A DNA stretch of 64,000 bases, from assembly GCA_052327205.1 (NCBI GenBank), contig JBMRGM010000076.1, forward strand, positions 186,001 to 250,000, in the 5' to 3' direction. Of the stretch, positions 62,176 to 64,000 are shown in pieces (position 1 is the stretch's first letter; each line of letters opens with the position of its first letter). The notes beneath the pieces were generated by a model. The model did no database searches. It was not told the origin of the DNA and saw only the letters and a list, made by a program, of their open reading frames with translations. Origin of the DNA: Somniosus microcephalus. Taxonomy: Eukaryota. Position numbers and translations under genes: made by a program.

Positions 62176-62840
62176 GTCTGGGACCCGGTTATCAAAGGGA
62201 GCGGTCTGGGTCCCGGTTATGAAAGGGAGCGGTCTGGGTCCGGTTATCAAAGGGAGTGGTCTGGGTCCGGTTATGAAAGGGAGTGGTCTGGGTCCGGTTA
62301 TCAAAGGGAGCGGTCTGGGTCCCGGTTATCACAGGGAGTGGTCTGGGTCCGGTTATCAAATGGAGCGGTCTGGGTCCAGGTTCTCAAAGGGAGCGGTCTG
62401 GGTCCGGTTATCAAAGGGAGTGGCCTGGGTCCGGTTATGAAAGGGAGCGGTCTGGGTCCGGTTATGAAAGGGAGCGGTCTGGGTCTGGTTATCAAAGGGA
62501 GTGGTCTGGGTCCAGTTATGAAAGGGAGTGGTCTGGGTCCGGTTATGAATGGGAGCGATCTGGGTCCGGTTATGAAAGGGAGTGGTCTGGGTCCGGTTAT
62601 GAAAGGGAGCGGGCTGGATCTGGTTATCAAAGGGAGCGGTCTGGGTCCGGTTATGAAAGGGAGTGGCCTGGGTCCCGGTTATCAAAGGGAGCGGTCTGGA
62701 TTCGGTTATGAAAGGGAGCGGTCTGGGTCCGGTTATGAAAGGGAGCGGTCTGGGTCCGGTTATGAAAGGGAGTGGTCTGGGTCCGGTTATCAAAGGGATC
62801 GGTCTGGGTCCCGGTTATCAAAGGGAACGTCCTGGATCCG
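62176..62840. repeat. 27-bp minisatellite, about 24 copies
   Basis: Unit GGGTCCGGTTAT(G/C)AAAGGGAG(C/T)GGTCT; orphan units at 61123-61210. Confidence 0.97.
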
Positions 62841-63234
62841 GTCGTATAAGTGTTGGTCGGAGTTAAGAGATCCTGTTTACTGAGAGTTGTGGTGACTATT
62901 GATTTGCGTTCCCCGAAATTAATCCGGGTAATTCGGGGTATGTGCTGAACGGTTACTCGCTGTTAGTGGCGGAGGTCGATGAGGGAGGATTGGGATCACT
63001 GCGGCTCCCTTCACATCGACACTCTCTGTCTCAGTTAAACAGGAGCGAGTGGGGAAGAGAGAGAACATGGCTGGAAATCTGCACTCCGGCCCGTGTTTCT
63101 CATCAATCATGGTCACTATAGTCGTCGTCTTCTGAGGAGATTTGCTGAACTGTTTGATTAAATGAATAAGTGGTTATGGGAATTTCACTGTAAAACTTTG
63201 AATCTGATGTTAGAGATCGGCCCCTATATGGCGA

Positions 63235-63830
63235 TTTAATGTTATTAATTGAGCTTGCATCTACTGCTTTTTGTGGGAAGGAGTTCCACACTTTTACCAA
63301 CCTTAATGTGAAGAATTGTTCCTGAACTCTATTGAATGGCCTGGCTCTGATTTAAAGGTTCTGTCCCCTGGTCCCAGACTCCCCGCCAGTGGAAGAAGTT
63401 TCTCTCTATCAGTCCTACCAGTTCCTTTCAAAATTCTATAAACACAATTTAAATTTCCCCTTAACCTTCTAAACTTCAGTTAATACAAGCCTCGTTCATG
63501 TCATCCATCCTCATAATTTAACGCTTGGAGCACTGGCAGTGTTCTGGTGAATTTGCGCTGCACTCCTTCCAAGGCCAATATCTTCGTTCTGTGGTGCGGT
63601 GCCCAGAACTGTACCCAGCTCTCCAGATGTGGTCTAACCAGGGCGCTGTATAGCTGTAGGAAAACCTCCTCCCGTTTAAATTTTAGCCCTCTAGATATAA
63701 AGGCTAACATTCCATTAGCATGTTATATTATGTTTTTGTAACTGACCACTGCAGTTTATTGATCTGTGTACATGTACCCCTCAATTTCTTTGGGCCTTCA
63801 ATGTTTCTACCTTTTCACCATTTAGAAATT
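63235..63830 (-). mobile_element. CR1 fragment
   Basis: LYSALVRPHLE...VQFWAPH and VKVWNSFPQKAV motifs. Confidence 0.85.
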
Positions 63831-64000
63831 CACGGCTCTATCTGTTTTTGATCGAGCGTAGCTCTTGGCCTTGATCCTCTGATGTCCAATCAGCGAACAA
63901 CAGCAATCAGCAAACAAACCGAATGCTCAACTATGTAAGCAAAAGAGTGCAGGGCAAATCAGGGTGTCTGGATTTCACCGAACAGAGCTCCATCCAGTCA

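Noticed and set aside
62147-62883. RS-like or GSGLGPVMK repeat proteins
   Set aside because: Several frames on both strands are open because the 27-bp unit lacks stops in them; extra-C variants shift frames and there is no splice or start context.

Overview
Eukaryotic, transposon-saturated vertebrate DNA. The repeat landscape (CR1, L2, Penelope-like, RTE, Rex1, Harbinger, Gypsy) suggests a cartilaginous fish; this is inference, not checked. The window holds two decayed Ty3/Gypsy elements: 1-4083 (+), and 39529-44902 (-) with both LTRs, PBS, PPT and a CTGGG TSD. It also holds two PIF/Harbinger transposons, one of them complete (27252-32157) with an intact, hand-spliced 3-exon Myb/SANT partner gene and a nuclease broken by one frameshift. 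There are many nested LINE fragments, Penelope-like elements whose terminal repeats carry minimal hammerhead-ribozyme motifs, 67-bp and 27-bp tandem arrays, and a 245-nt N gap. The only clear host gene is the 5' end of an SRCR group-B (CD163/DMBT1-like) gene on + (exons 49977-50022, 57270-57302, 58090-58404), whose first domain lacks the C2-C7 cysteine pair. Best leads: the hammerhead motif family including a fold-back element with a 14-bp TSD, the nearly revivable two-gene Harbinger, and unusual structures in the SRCR introns. No prokaryote-type system (CRISPR, operon, rRNA or tRNA gene) was seen. All calls are by eye; no searches were run.
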